64,000 nucleotides of DNA from a virus: the IMG/VR virus record IMGVR_UViG_3300037755_000828, positions 1-64,000 of that record; one strand, 5' to 3'. Below the pieces are notes generated by a model. The model did not search any database, had not been told where the DNA came from, and saw only the letters and a program-made list of their open reading frames with translations. This document shows positions 47,108-55,426 of the stretch, in pieces. The position numbers were made by a program, and so were the translations under genes. Within the stretch, counting starts at the first letter, position 1. Each line of letters begins with the position of its first letter.

Positions 47108-47646
47108 CGCGACTCGACCTTGGTCGGCTGCATGAGGCGAGGGAGATCGTGGAATTCGGCGATCGTGATGTAGCGGTTGCCGACGTAGTACTTGCCGGCC
47201 TGTGTCCGATGGGCGCGATAGACCGGGCGTCCGTGGTCATTGTGAACCATCGGCTCGCCCAGCAGGAACATGCGGAAGCCGCCGCGCTCAGCAGCTGGCG
47301 GTACCGCGCCGAGCGAGTCGTTGAACGCTTCCTCGGTCGAGGGCAGCCACGCGAACTCGACCGGCTCGATCCTCAGGGCGTCGAGGTAGGCCGTGAGCGA
47401 GCGGTACAGCTCGACATCTTGCCCGTCCTGATCATCGTCGACCAGCCCGAGGGCGATCGCACGCTGACCGAGCGCCACCGCGAACGCGTCACGGTCATCG
47501 TTCGGCCACCAGTTCTGCGGGCCCGCGTCGCCGCGCAGGTGAGCGACCAGCACCGCGCCGTCGGGTCCGTCGAGAAGCTCAGGCGCGGGGTCGGCTTCGA
47601 CCGCGGCGGTGCGCGGGTGCATCGGGACCTTGGTCGTGGTGGTCAT
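47104..47646 (-). CDS. Hypothetical protein
   Basis: F...LG.VPP......FLLGEP..H motif. Confidence 0.6.
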   Translation of the reverse strand: MTTTTKVPMHPRTAAVEADPAPELLDGPDGAVLVAHLRGDAGPQNWWPNDDRDAFAVALGQRAIALGLVDDDQDGQDVELYRSLTAYLDALRIEPVEFAWLPSTEEAFNDSLGAVPPAAERGGFRMFLLGEPMVHNDHGRPVYRAHRTQAGKYYVGNRYITIAEFHDLPRLMQPTKVESR

Positions 47647-47713
47647 GGTCGGCAGGACAACCGGTAACCCTGTGGCATTCCCTGCCGCAATTGGCCGCGT
47701 TCCAGACCCTCGC

Positions 47714-48346
47714 CTAGCGATACGCCTTGCGCAGCAGATAGGCCTCGCGAACGCCTGGCGGCAGCGGACTGACGAGCGCGCGCATCATCCGACGCGCACC
47801 GTGATACCACAGTCGCGAAGGTCCAGACATGATGACCGCGTCTCCGCCGGAGACGATCGTCTTGTCGGGCTTGAAGTCGCGCTCGAGACCCCCGATCAGA
47901 AACTCGCAGTCGGCCCCGACGCTGAGCGTGGTGAGTGCCGCGTCGAGGTCGACCTCCTGAATGTCGACGTGCAGGCCGAGGCTCTCTCCGTCGGCGTAGC
48001 GGTTGAGCAGCATCGTGTCGAAGTCGACCGGGCGGAGGCCTGCCTCGGTGAGCGCTCGCAGTCCGAGCTCGCGGGCGAGCGGCGGGATCGGAGGCAGGCC
48101 TCCGAGCGTGGTCGGGTGCAGCCGCGTGTAGTGGTAGCCGCGCGCAGGACTGGAGAAGAACAGGCCCGAGCCCGCAGCTGTGACCGAGCAGCGAAACGGC
48201 GTGCCGTCCGGCATGCGGGGCACGACGAACGGCGCCATGGCTGCGACGCGCTCGCCTTCGCGTACGAGCTCCTGCTGCTCCGCCCAGTTGAATAGGCCGC
48301 GCAGGATGTAGAAGCCTCCGTCACGCCAGCGGCTGGGGTCGGACAT
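47714..48346 (-). CDS. alkB: AlkB-family 2OG-Fe(II) dioxygenase
   Basis: GY.Y...HP....PP.P, L.N.Y..G..LGLH.D, S.G..C.F..GG, GD.V.M.G.SRL.YHG. Confidence 0.88.
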   Translation of the reverse strand: MSDPSRWRDGGFYILRGLFNWAEQQELVREGERVAAMAPFVVPRMPDGTPFRCSVTAAGSGLFFSSPARGYHYTRLHPTTLGGLPPIPPLARELGLRALTEAGLRPVDFDTMLLNRYADGESLGLHVDIQEVDLDAALTTLSVGADCEFLIGGLERDFKPDKTIVSGGDAVIMSGPSRLWYHGARRMMRALVSPLPPGVREAYLLRKAYR

Positions 48347-49373
48347 CACCATCACCATCACCATCACCGCCCGAGGCCTCGAGCAGCTGTGACCAGTCCC
48401 CTACCCTGATCTGGGCGTGAAGATCCCGCAACGCGGCGTCGTGGTCGAGCGTGAAGTCATCGCCTGACTCGATACCGAGAAACGTGAGCAGCCGCTCAGG
48501 ATGCACATCAAATCGTCCAAACGCCTCGCAAGCGATGGCCCATGGAGCCTGTTCGCCGTGGTCCTTGATGGACTCTGATTGGACGATCGAGATTCCGGTG
48601 CCATCAGCCTCGGCGGCGAGCGCCCTGTGTAACTCGGCCAGCTTGCTGTGCCGCGGGAGCAACTTGCACACGCGGGTCAACGCCGTCTTGATCGACATCG
48701 CTTGCGGGTGATCGCGCCACGGGATCGACGGATTCCCTTTTTGGTCTAGATTCATCGCTCGCGCACGAGCAAGGTCCGCGTAGGTCAGGTACACGAAGAC
48801 CGGGCGCGTCGACCCCTTCAGGTAAACATTCGCATACGCGACGACGATGTCGTCAAAGTTGTTGGTCCGCGACTCACCCTCGACATCTGGTTCGTGTTCG
48901 ATGCGAGCATTGGTCCCGCCGTAGATCTTGTAGACCTCGTCGCGGTAGATAACGTCTGCGAAGACGTTGTCCACCATGTCACTTCGGAACATCAGTGCGA
49001 GTACGCCCTGATAGCCTCGCTGGCACTGTACCACATTGGCTCGGAGGTTCTTGTCCCAACGCGGAATGAGGTACGCCTCGCCGAGCGCCGGGTTGATCGA
49101 AAGGCCCATCGTGATCGCGTGCCGCAACGACTGCATCAGCGAGTCGCGGTTGGCCTCGAGGAGTTTAGGGCTCAACCCGACCACGTGTGCGACCTCAGCG
49201 AGCCAAGACGTGAACGTCTGCGAGTCCTCGGGCACACCAAGCAAGCCGGCGAATGTCTTCCGCTGATCGAAGAGATCGCGTTTCAGCGTCTTGACCAACA
49301 CTTCGCCGCTTGGCTTCACTGCGTTGGTCTTGTTTGTTGCTAAGAGATTGGGATTTGATGATTTCTTGTTCAT
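48321..49373 (-). CDS. recT: RecT-family single-strand annealing protein
   Basis: SL......GL..NP.LGEAYLIP, GYQG...L..RS, PW......M..KT. Confidence 0.9.
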   Translation of the reverse strand: MNKKSSNPNLLATNKTNAVKPSGEVLVKTLKRDLFDQRKTFAGLLGVPEDSQTFTSWLAEVAHVVGLSPKLLEANRDSLMQSLRHAITMGLSINPALGEAYLIPRWDKNLRANVVQCQRGYQGVLALMFRSDMVDNVFADVIYRDEVYKIYGGTNARIEHEPDVEGESRTNNFDDIVVAYANVYLKGSTRPVFVYLTYADLARARAMNLDQKGNPSIPWRDHPQAMSIKTALTRVCKLLPRHSKLAELHRALAAEADGTGISIVQSESIKDHGEQAPWAIACEAFGRFDVHPERLLTFLGIESGDDFTLDHDAALRDLHAQIRVGDWSQLLEASGGDGDGDGDVRPQPLA

Positions 49374-49381
49374 TGTCTATC

Positions 49382-50365
49382 TCACAGTGGCAGGGTTTGG
49401 ATGCCGTGCCGATGGGCTGGCGTCCAGTCATTACGAGTCAGTCGGTCGAGCGCGTCGAACAACTGCGATTTGTAGATCTCACGCCCGCGCTCGCGTTGCT
49501 CGGGGGTCAAGGCATACACGCTCACGCCGTGCTTGCCGTCGCTGTCTGGCTCGCTCGTGACGGCGATCCACATCCACGACACCGACTCGCCAGTCAGTGC
49601 CTCGGTCGCGTCGGCGTAGAGAGCGGCTTGCGGTAGGTAGCCGAACTTGCGTACAGATTGGGCAAGTAACCCGGGCGAGTCCATCGCCGTCGACTTCAAG
49701 TCTACGTCGTAGAGACCGGGTGAAAGGTCAGTCCCAAATGCATCGACGGCGCTGATGCGCGTCAGCCAATCGACGCGCACCTTGACGAGCAACTCGGTCA
49801 TCGGCTCACGCCACACGATCGTCTGTTCGGGTAAGCCGATGCTCCCGAGTAGGGCCGACGCAACATCGTGCCGACACACAGCATCGCAGATACCGTTGAT
49901 CCGGGTGAGATCGTCACAGGTCAGCGGGATCGCGTCCGGGTTCCGCCTCGCGGTGATCTCATACGCAGACTCGGCCCGCTTCCACAGCTCGTACGCGAGG
50001 CGCTCGGGAGACCCAGCCGCCGCCCCAGCGCGTGCGTGCGCTGGTTTGGTTGGCTTGGCCAGCCATGTGCTGGCGAACCGATCTCGCTCAAGAATGGCGG
50101 CGTGCAGCACAGTCCCGAAGCGCATGTCGTTGGTGGCCTCGTGTTCGACGGTTTCGCCACGCACCCACGCACCTAGTTGCAGCGGTTTGTACGGCAGCAG
50201 GCCAAGGGCACTTCGGGTGAGCGCCCTTCGATCTGCGAAGTACTGCCGCTCGGACCAGCTGACAGCGATCGCTTGCCCAGGTTCGATCGCGTCGAAGTCC
50301 TCGGCAGCGTGCTCCTGCAGGAGCACGGCTCCCTTCGTTCGCTGCGGATCGGCTACCCCGTGCAC
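49382..50365 (-). CDS. RecE-like PD-(D/E)xK exonuclease (DUF3799 type)
   Basis: M.FGT..HA.ILE, K.R.DW, DLKST, Y..QAA.Y; alternative start GTG 50326 with GGGAG RBS. Confidence 0.88.
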   Translation of the reverse strand: MHGVADPQRTKGAVLLQEHAAEDFDAIEPGQAIAVSWSERQYFADRRALTRSALGLLPYKPLQLGAWVRGETVEHEATNDMRFGTVLHAAILERDRFASTWLAKPTKPAHARAGAAAGSPERLAYELWKRAESAYEITARRNPDAIPLTCDDLTRINGICDAVCRHDVASALLGSIGLPEQTIVWREPMTELLVKVRVDWLTRISAVDAFGTDLSPGLYDVDLKSTAMDSPGLLAQSVRKFGYLPQAALYADATEALTGESVSWMWIAVTSEPDSDGKHGVSVYALTPEQRERGREIYKSQLFDALDRLTRNDWTPAHRHGIQTLPL

Positions 50366-50535
50366 GGCCAGAGCAACACCCGCGCCAGACGCCTATTCCC
50401 GCCGCAGGACGCTGCTGCGCGTTCTCCCACAGCCGTCTGCGCGCCCATCCGATCACAGTCCTCGCTTGTGCCCATGGCTTCGAGAAGGTCGACGGGATCG
50501 TCACCTGCACTTGAGCGCCTCACCGGGCCAAGAAC

Positions 50536-51189
50536 TCAAAACCCCAGCGGCACGTCGTCGAGCTCGTGATAGCCGCCGACCGAGAGCGGCTGATCATCCA
50601 TGGGGCTCAGCACGCCGAGGCTGATCGGTGGCCCCTGGTGGCGCTGCGAGACTTCGCAGAACGCCTTGGTGCATCCCGCCGCCTTGTGCTTGGCGATCTC
50701 TTCGGACCAGCGCCGTTCATCGATCGCTACCCGCAAGTCGGGCATGCAGGCGCTCGCGTGCACGAAGCTCTCGGGCAGCCGCGTCGACTTCCCCGAGCTC
50801 GCCGCCGCGGCGGCCTTCCGCCATGCGTACGTCCGGCAGTACTCCGGCCCTCGAGCGTTGTCCGCCCAGCAGCGGGCGCTCTCGAAGTCATCCGCGCTCG
50901 TCAGCGACCAGACCAGCCAGCGCAGCCAGTCCGCCGGCGTCGACCAGCTCACCACCTCGCCCTCACGCTTCTCGAGCGTTCCCCAGAACGCCTCCTCCTG
51001 GAACAGCTGCCGCCTGGCCACCTCGGCCTCGGCGGTCGTCGTCTTCGTCAGCCCCGCCCACGCGAGCAGCGGATCCTTCGCGGCCGCGGCGTTGTTCTTG
51101 CGCTTCGCCACCGAGGCGCCGCGGCGCAGCGCGATCTCGGCGGGGGTGAGCTTCGGCTTGGTCTTCTTCGCGCGCCTGGGCTTCGTCAT
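50536..51189 (-). CDS. Hypothetical protein
   Basis: Basic N-terminus, DPLL.WAG motif. Confidence 0.55.
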   Translation of the reverse strand: MTKPRRAKKTKPKLTPAEIALRRGASVAKRKNNAAAAKDPLLAWAGLTKTTTAEAEVARRQLFQEEAFWGTLEKREGEVVSWSTPADWLRWLVWSLTSADDFESARCWADNARGPEYCRTYAWRKAAAAASSGKSTRLPESFVHASACMPDLRVAIDERRWSEEIAKHKAAGCTKAFCEVSQRHQGPPISLGVLSPMDDQPLSVGGYHELDDVPLGF

Positions 51190-51229
51190 GATGTCCCGGC
51201 TAAGCTGGCCCGCTGCACGCCATAGGTCA

Positions 51230-51577
51230 TCACCGGCTCCCGCTGAGCGCGAGCGCGTCGAGCTCGGCATCAGCCGCGATGCCCCGCTTCAGCGCATCTC
51301 GCAGCGCCGCGACGACGGCCTCGGCCGAGATGCCGAGCAGCTTGGCGACGGTGGACACCCGACCGCGGAGCCGACGAAGCTGCTCCACGAGGACCCGCTC
51401 GAGTTCGAGCACATCCTCCGGCCGCGCGCGCACGCGAAAGCGCAATCCGAACGCGTCGACGTAAAGCTGGTAGATCGGGGCACGCTCCATCACGAGCTGC
51501 AGGTTGGTCCGGATCGGGAGCTCGCCCGGGTAGATGCTGGTGACCATCATGGGTAAGTGGGGTCGCTTGATGCTCAT
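51230..51577 (-). CDS. Small protein with Fis-like (HTH_8) motif
   Basis: ELER.LVEQL....G.VS.VAKLLGIS. Confidence 0.55.
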   Translation of the reverse strand: MSIKRPHLPMMVTSIYPGELPIRTNLQLVMERAPIYQLYVDAFGLRFRVRARPEDVLELERVLVEQLRRLRGRVSTVAKLLGISAEAVVAALRDALKRGIAADAELDALALSGSR

Positions 51578-51618
51578 GCGATTGCCCGTCGGAATCGCGG
51601 CCGACCAATTTCATTCCC

Positions 51619-51885
51619 TCAGCCCTCGATGCAGACCTCCAGATCATCGAAGATTGTGCAGACTTGGCTGACTCTCTCGCACGGACAGGGTTCGGCGCAG
51701 CAGAACTTGGCCTCGCAGTCGGCTTCCTTGAAGAGCTGCTCAGGCAGACACGCCCGACTTTCGCAGTCCGCCGCCTCTCTGCATGCTGCCATCGTTGGCG
51801 GCTCGGGCTCCTCGATGATCGGCTCGTCGTCTCCGAGGCACCCGAACCCAAGCGCGATCACCATCACAACTGCTCTCCAGCGCAT
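51619..51885 (-). CDS. Small Cys-rich lipoprotein
   Basis: LGFG-C lipobox, about 10 Cys. Confidence 0.65.
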   Translation of the reverse strand: MRWRAVVMVIALGFGCLGDDEPIIEEPEPPTMAACREAADCESRACLPEQLFKEADCEAKFCCAEPCPCERVSQVCTIFDDLEVCIEG

Positions 51886-51973
51886 CGTCACGCAAGCGTA
51901 GCAGCGTTCTGCTCGGCCGAGCCCGAGCAGATTTTTCTCCTCTGCGCCGAGGCTGGCGCCTATCAATTCGGAA

Positions 51974-51997
51974 GCGAGTCAACAGCGAGTCAACAGC
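51974..51997. repeat. Integrase arm-type site (GAGTCAACAGC)x2, left
   Basis: Same tandem 11-mer recurs at 52210-52235 across the att core. Confidence 0.75.
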
Positions 51998-52040
51998 CAA
52001 CACCAGAAACGACAAAACCCCGGCCAGCGGGGTTTCTGAA

Positions 52041-52087
52041 GAGCGGGAGACGGGATTCGAACCCGCGACATTCAGCTTGGGAAGCTG
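52041..52087 (-). other. attP core: 3' half of tRNA-Gly(CCC)
   Basis: CAGCTTCCCAAGCTGAATGTCGCGGGTTCGAATCCCGTCTCCCGCTC; no D-arm or 5' acceptor strand; adjacent integrase; hairpin at 52015-52036 downstream. Confidence 0.88.
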
Positions 52088-52209
52088 TCGCCGGTGCCGG
52101 CGCTCGGCGCCGTGGTAGTGATCCTGCACGTGACGCCGCGAACAACACGCTTGATCATCACCGCATGCGGTCGGCGGCAGCGCCGGCCCTTCTTGCAACC
52201 AAGCCGGAT

Positions 52210-52235
52210 CGAGTCAACAGCGAGTCAACAGCGAG
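52210..52235. repeat. Integrase arm-type site (GAGTCAACAGC)x2, right
   Basis: Direct repeat of 51974-51997. Confidence 0.75.
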
Positions 52236-52245
52236 GTCCTCGCCG

Positions 52246-53607
52246 ATGTCGCTGACCGACGCCAAGGTCCGCGCAACCAAGCCGGGCCCCAGGCAGATCG
52301 TGCTCACCGACGACCTCGGGCTCGAGCTGCTCGTCACCCCCGCCGGCGCCAAGCTCTGGCGCTTCCGCTACCGCGGCGGCAAGAAGCAGCGGCGGATCAC
52401 GATCGGGCGCTACCCCGAGATCGGCCTCGCTGCCGCCCGCGCCGAGGCGGCCCAGCTCCGCGCGCGCGTGTGGGCGGGCGAGGACCCGGGGCGCCGCGAG
52501 CCCGAGCCGGCCCCGACAGCGGCGCCCGAGGCCGTCGAGCCCGAGAGCGTCGACGACGTCGTGGATCGGTACATCGTCGAGCACGCCGAGCCCGGGCTCG
52601 GCTGGAAGCGCAGCACCGCTCGGACCTACCGCTCGGCGCTCGCCACCTTCACGGCGTGGGCTGGGAGTTCCGGCGTGCTGACGGTCGCCGATGTCACCCC
52701 AGCCGCGCTCGCGCGGTTCCGGGCACACGTGGTCTCGATGCCTCGCCGCGCGAAGGCCAAGGGCGGGAGCCGGCGCGACGTGATCAGCACCGGCGAGCAG
52801 CGATCCGCGGCGGCGGTCAACTGCGAGATCAGGGCGGTCAAGACGATGCTGCAGGCGCTGCGCCGAGCAGGCACGATGCCCGAGCTCACAAGCGACGCGA
52901 TCACCGACAACCTTGGCCTGCTCCCGCTTGAGCATGCCAGGCCTGATCCACTCCGCCCCGCGCAGCTCCGCGAGCTCCTGGCCGCGTGCTGGGATCACGA
53001 CCTCGAGCATGAGCCGATCGGACCGCTGGTCGTGGTCATGTTGCTCGGGGGCCTGCGACTTGGCGAAGCGCTGCGGCTCGCCTGGGATGCGGTCGACCTC
53101 GACGAGCTCGTGGTCCGCGTGCGGGCTGGCAAGACCAACCGCGAGCGCGACGTCGACCTCAGCGTGTCGCCGGCCCTGGCTCGCCTGCTTGCCGAGCTGC
53201 GCGGCTCGACGCGCTCGGGTCCGGTGTTCGTGCACTCGCAGCAGACCGCCCTCGACGCTCGCCAACGACTGATCAGCCGCTACGGTGCGCCCGCGTTCCT
53301 GTGGTCCACCAGGCACTCTCGACCCGGCGATCGCTCAGCCCCAACGCTGCGCAGCACCTGCGGCTGTTACCTCACCAACGCCCCATCGATCTTCGGCGCT
53401 GCGTCGATCTACCGGAGCGCCGCGCAGCTCGGGCACTCCGCCGAGGTTGCGCAACAGCACTACCTCGGCACCCTCCGTCGGATCCCGCGCGACGCGACAC
53501 GCTCGAGGCCGCGATGCAGATCGTCAGCGAGCTCGAGCCACCGAGCCGAGGTCGTCTTCGCATCGTCGGCGCGTGAGCTCAGAACAGGTTCTGCTGCCCG
53601 AACTTGA
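52246..53607 (+). CDS. int: Tyrosine integrase with P4-like arm-binding N-terminal domain
   Basis: LTDAKVR..KP, GL.L.VTP.GAK.WRFRYR, IGRYP.IGLA.AR; catalytic GLR..E, K, TLR, LGHS, HY; possible frameshift near the C-terminus. Confidence 0.9.
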   Translation: MSLTDAKVRATKPGPRQIVLTDDLGLELLVTPAGAKLWRFRYRGGKKQRRITIGRYPEIGLAAARAEAAQLRARVWAGEDPGRREPEPAPTAAPEAVEPESVDDVVDRYIVEHAEPGLGWKRSTARTYRSALATFTAWAGSSGVLTVADVTPAALARFRAHVVSMPRRAKAKGGSRRDVISTGEQRSAAAVNCEIRAVKTMLQALRRAGTMPELTSDAITDNLGLLPLEHARPDPLRPAQLRELLAACWDHDLEHEPIGPLVVVMLLGGLRLGEALRLAWDAVDLDELVVRVRAGKTNRERDVDLSVSPALARLLAELRGSTRSGPVFVHSQQTALDARQRLISRYGAPAFLWSTRHSRPGDRSAPTLRSTCGCYLTNAPSIFGAASIYRSAAQLGHSAEVAQQHYLGTLRRIPRDATRSRPRCRSSASSSHRAEVVFASSARELRTGSAART

Positions 53608-53776
53608 GGATCGGCCCGTACAGCGCGACCGAACCGCGGCGCCGGCCTGCGGCCTGCGGGTCGACTTGGATCTCGTGTGCGATCGCGATCAGCAGGTCGA
53701 ACTCGTGCAGCCATTCGCCGAACTCCTTCAGCGTCAGCTCGTCCGCGCTGATCACCCGAGACCCGTCCAGCACCAC
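53579..53776 (-). pseudogene. Probable gene remnant
   Basis: Plausible coding in two different frames between 53579 and 53860. Confidence 0.35.
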
Positions 53777-53827
53777 CGCTCGCCGCCGCCGACCGCGACG
53801 ACGCGGCCGAACTCGTCGTGCTGCAGA

Positions 53828-54361
53828 TCAAAGCCCGCCCAGGCTGCGACGATGATGCCGGACGCGCCCCGGCCCGGCCTCGCCGCGCACGAGCTGCATC
53901 AGGTCCTTGTCGTTCGAGATCACGACGACCTCGAGCCCGCGCGCGACCGCGGCTTCGACGTAGGCGGCGACGAGATCATCGGCCTCGGTGTCCGGCTCGC
54001 AGATCACTGGCAGCCCCATCGCGCGGGTCAGCTCCTTCACGAGCGGCCACTGGCTGACGAGCTCGGGATCCTGTGGCTTGCGGCCCGACTTGTATTCGGG
54101 ATAGGCGGCGTGTCGCCAGCCGTCGCCGTCGCCGTCGAACACCGGGACGATGTACCGTAAGCCGTCTTTGTAGAGCCGCCTCAGTACGCGCACCCAGCCG
54201 ATCACGGCGTTGAGCGGCTGCGGCGGATCACCGCGAAGCGCCATCGTCTGCTCTTGCGGAACAGCGTGATAGAGGGTGTGACACTTGTTGGTCGCATCGA
54301 GAATGCAGATGCGCTCACCGTGCTGCGGGCCTCGGTGAAGCGGTGCAGTCTCGTCGATCAC
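53828..54361 (-). CDS. Truncated 5'-3' exonuclease (PolA N-terminal/Xni-like), lacking H3TH half
   Basis: ILDA, NAV.G, VFDG, RH..YPEYK.GR, EADD, S.DKDL.QL, then diverges. Confidence 0.8.
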   Translation of the reverse strand: MIDETAPLHRGPQHGERICILDATNKCHTLYHAVPQEQTMALRGDPPQPLNAVIGWVRVLRRLYKDGLRYIVPVFDGDGDGWRHAAYPEYKSGRKPQDPELVSQWPLVKELTRAMGLPVICEPDTEADDLVAAYVEAAVARGLEVVVISNDKDLMQLVRGEAGPGRVRHHRRSLGGL

Positions 54362-54732
54362 TTGCAGCCCTCGCTGCGCAGCATCGTAGCGGCATGGTCC
54401 GCTAGAACGCCGTCCCAGTCTTCGATGATGGGCACCGCTACGTCGAAGATCGATGGATTGATCACCTGTAGCCGTACGCCAAAACGAAACGCAGCATTAG
54501 GGATGTCGTTTGCGATGATGTAGCGCATGAAGCCAACGCACAACCGCTGCCTCGCGGATGCCACTCCCTCATTGTGGCACCGATGCACGTGCTGCTCGCC
54601 GCGGATGTTCGCTCCGACCGTGGCGTCCAGCGTGTCCGGGTCGAAGTAGCTGCCGGCGCGGTCGACTCGGAACGGGCACGACTTGCAGGGCCTCTTGCCA
54701 TGCAGCACCACGGCGTTGGGTTCGATGGTCAT
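54358..54732 (-). CDS. Cys/His-rich phage protein (DUF6283-like)
   Basis: PCKSCPFR.D, CH, CVGF. Confidence 0.6.
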   Translation of the reverse strand: MTIEPNAVVLHGKRPCKSCPFRVDRAGSYFDPDTLDATVGANIRGEQHVHRCHNEGVASARQRLCVGFMRYIIANDIPNAAFRFGVRLQVINPSIFDVAVPIIEDWDGVLADHAATMLRSEGCK

Positions 54733-55109
54733 GCATCTCCTCGGGCGGCGGTGTGGGCTTCGCAGGCTTCGACAACGCGAGCGCACATCGCCACGTCCAT
54801 CTCGCCCATGTGAGCCTCGGGGATGTCGAGCTCGGTGGCGAGCCACGCGTAGGCTTCGCGGCGCTTCATGCCGCCTGACTTCCACAGCGGGTCAAAGGCT
54901 GCGTGAGCGCGCTCGCGAGCGCGCTTGGTCTCGGCGTTGGCGGGGACCCCGAGCGGCTTCCCGGTCGCCTTGTGAGCGCCGTGGCTGGCCTCGCAAAGAG
55001 GGTATCCAGTGCACCCGTAGAACGGGCCGTAGCGACTCCTCCGTAGCGCCATCGCCCGCCCGCAGTCAGGGCACGGATGGTCGAGGAGTTTGCCGTAGGA
55101 GATGGTCAT
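54729..55109 (-). CDS. DUF3268 zinc-finger protein
   Basis: CPDCG..., G.H..T..PLG..A, AH.AFDPLW, AY.WLA, H.G. Confidence 0.85.
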   Translation of the reverse strand: MTISYGKLLDHPCPDCGRAMALRRSRYGPFYGCTGYPLCEASHGAHKATGKPLGVPANAETKRARERAHAAFDPLWKSGGMKRREAYAWLATELDIPEAHMGEMDVAMCARVVEACEAHTAARGDA

Positions 55110-55399
55110 AACGGCGCCGCCTCGTGGCTGGTCCAGCCCGAGTTAGTCTTCGAGCGCCCGGCGGCGAACTCGACCACCTCCGATTCGGTGAATCGCCGGA
55201 ATCCGATGTCGCGCTCCCACATCCAGAGCCCTGACTCGTTCGGGGCTGTTGCTTTGAGGGTGTCGATCTCCAGCATCTCGGCGATGCTCACCGGAGGCGT
55301 GTCGCTGAACGAATCGTCGTCGATGAAGCTCGGCTCGAGCACGCCCATGGAATCCGGCTGTGGCCGGTAGAACACCATCTTGTTGGCTGTTCGTTTCAT
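55106..55399 (-). CDS. Hypothetical protein
   Basis: Coupled ORF. Confidence 0.55.
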   Translation of the reverse strand: MKRTANKMVFYRPQPDSMGVLEPSFIDDDSFSDTPPVSIAEMLEIDTLKATAPNESGLWMWERDIGFRRFTESEVVEFAAGRSKTNSGWTSHEAAPL

Positions 55400-55426
55400 T
55401 CGTGGCTCAACCTGCGCGCCCCCGCG

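Noticed and set aside
52041-52087. Functional tRNA gene
   Set aside because: Only anticodon arm to 3' end; D-arm and 5' acceptor strand missing
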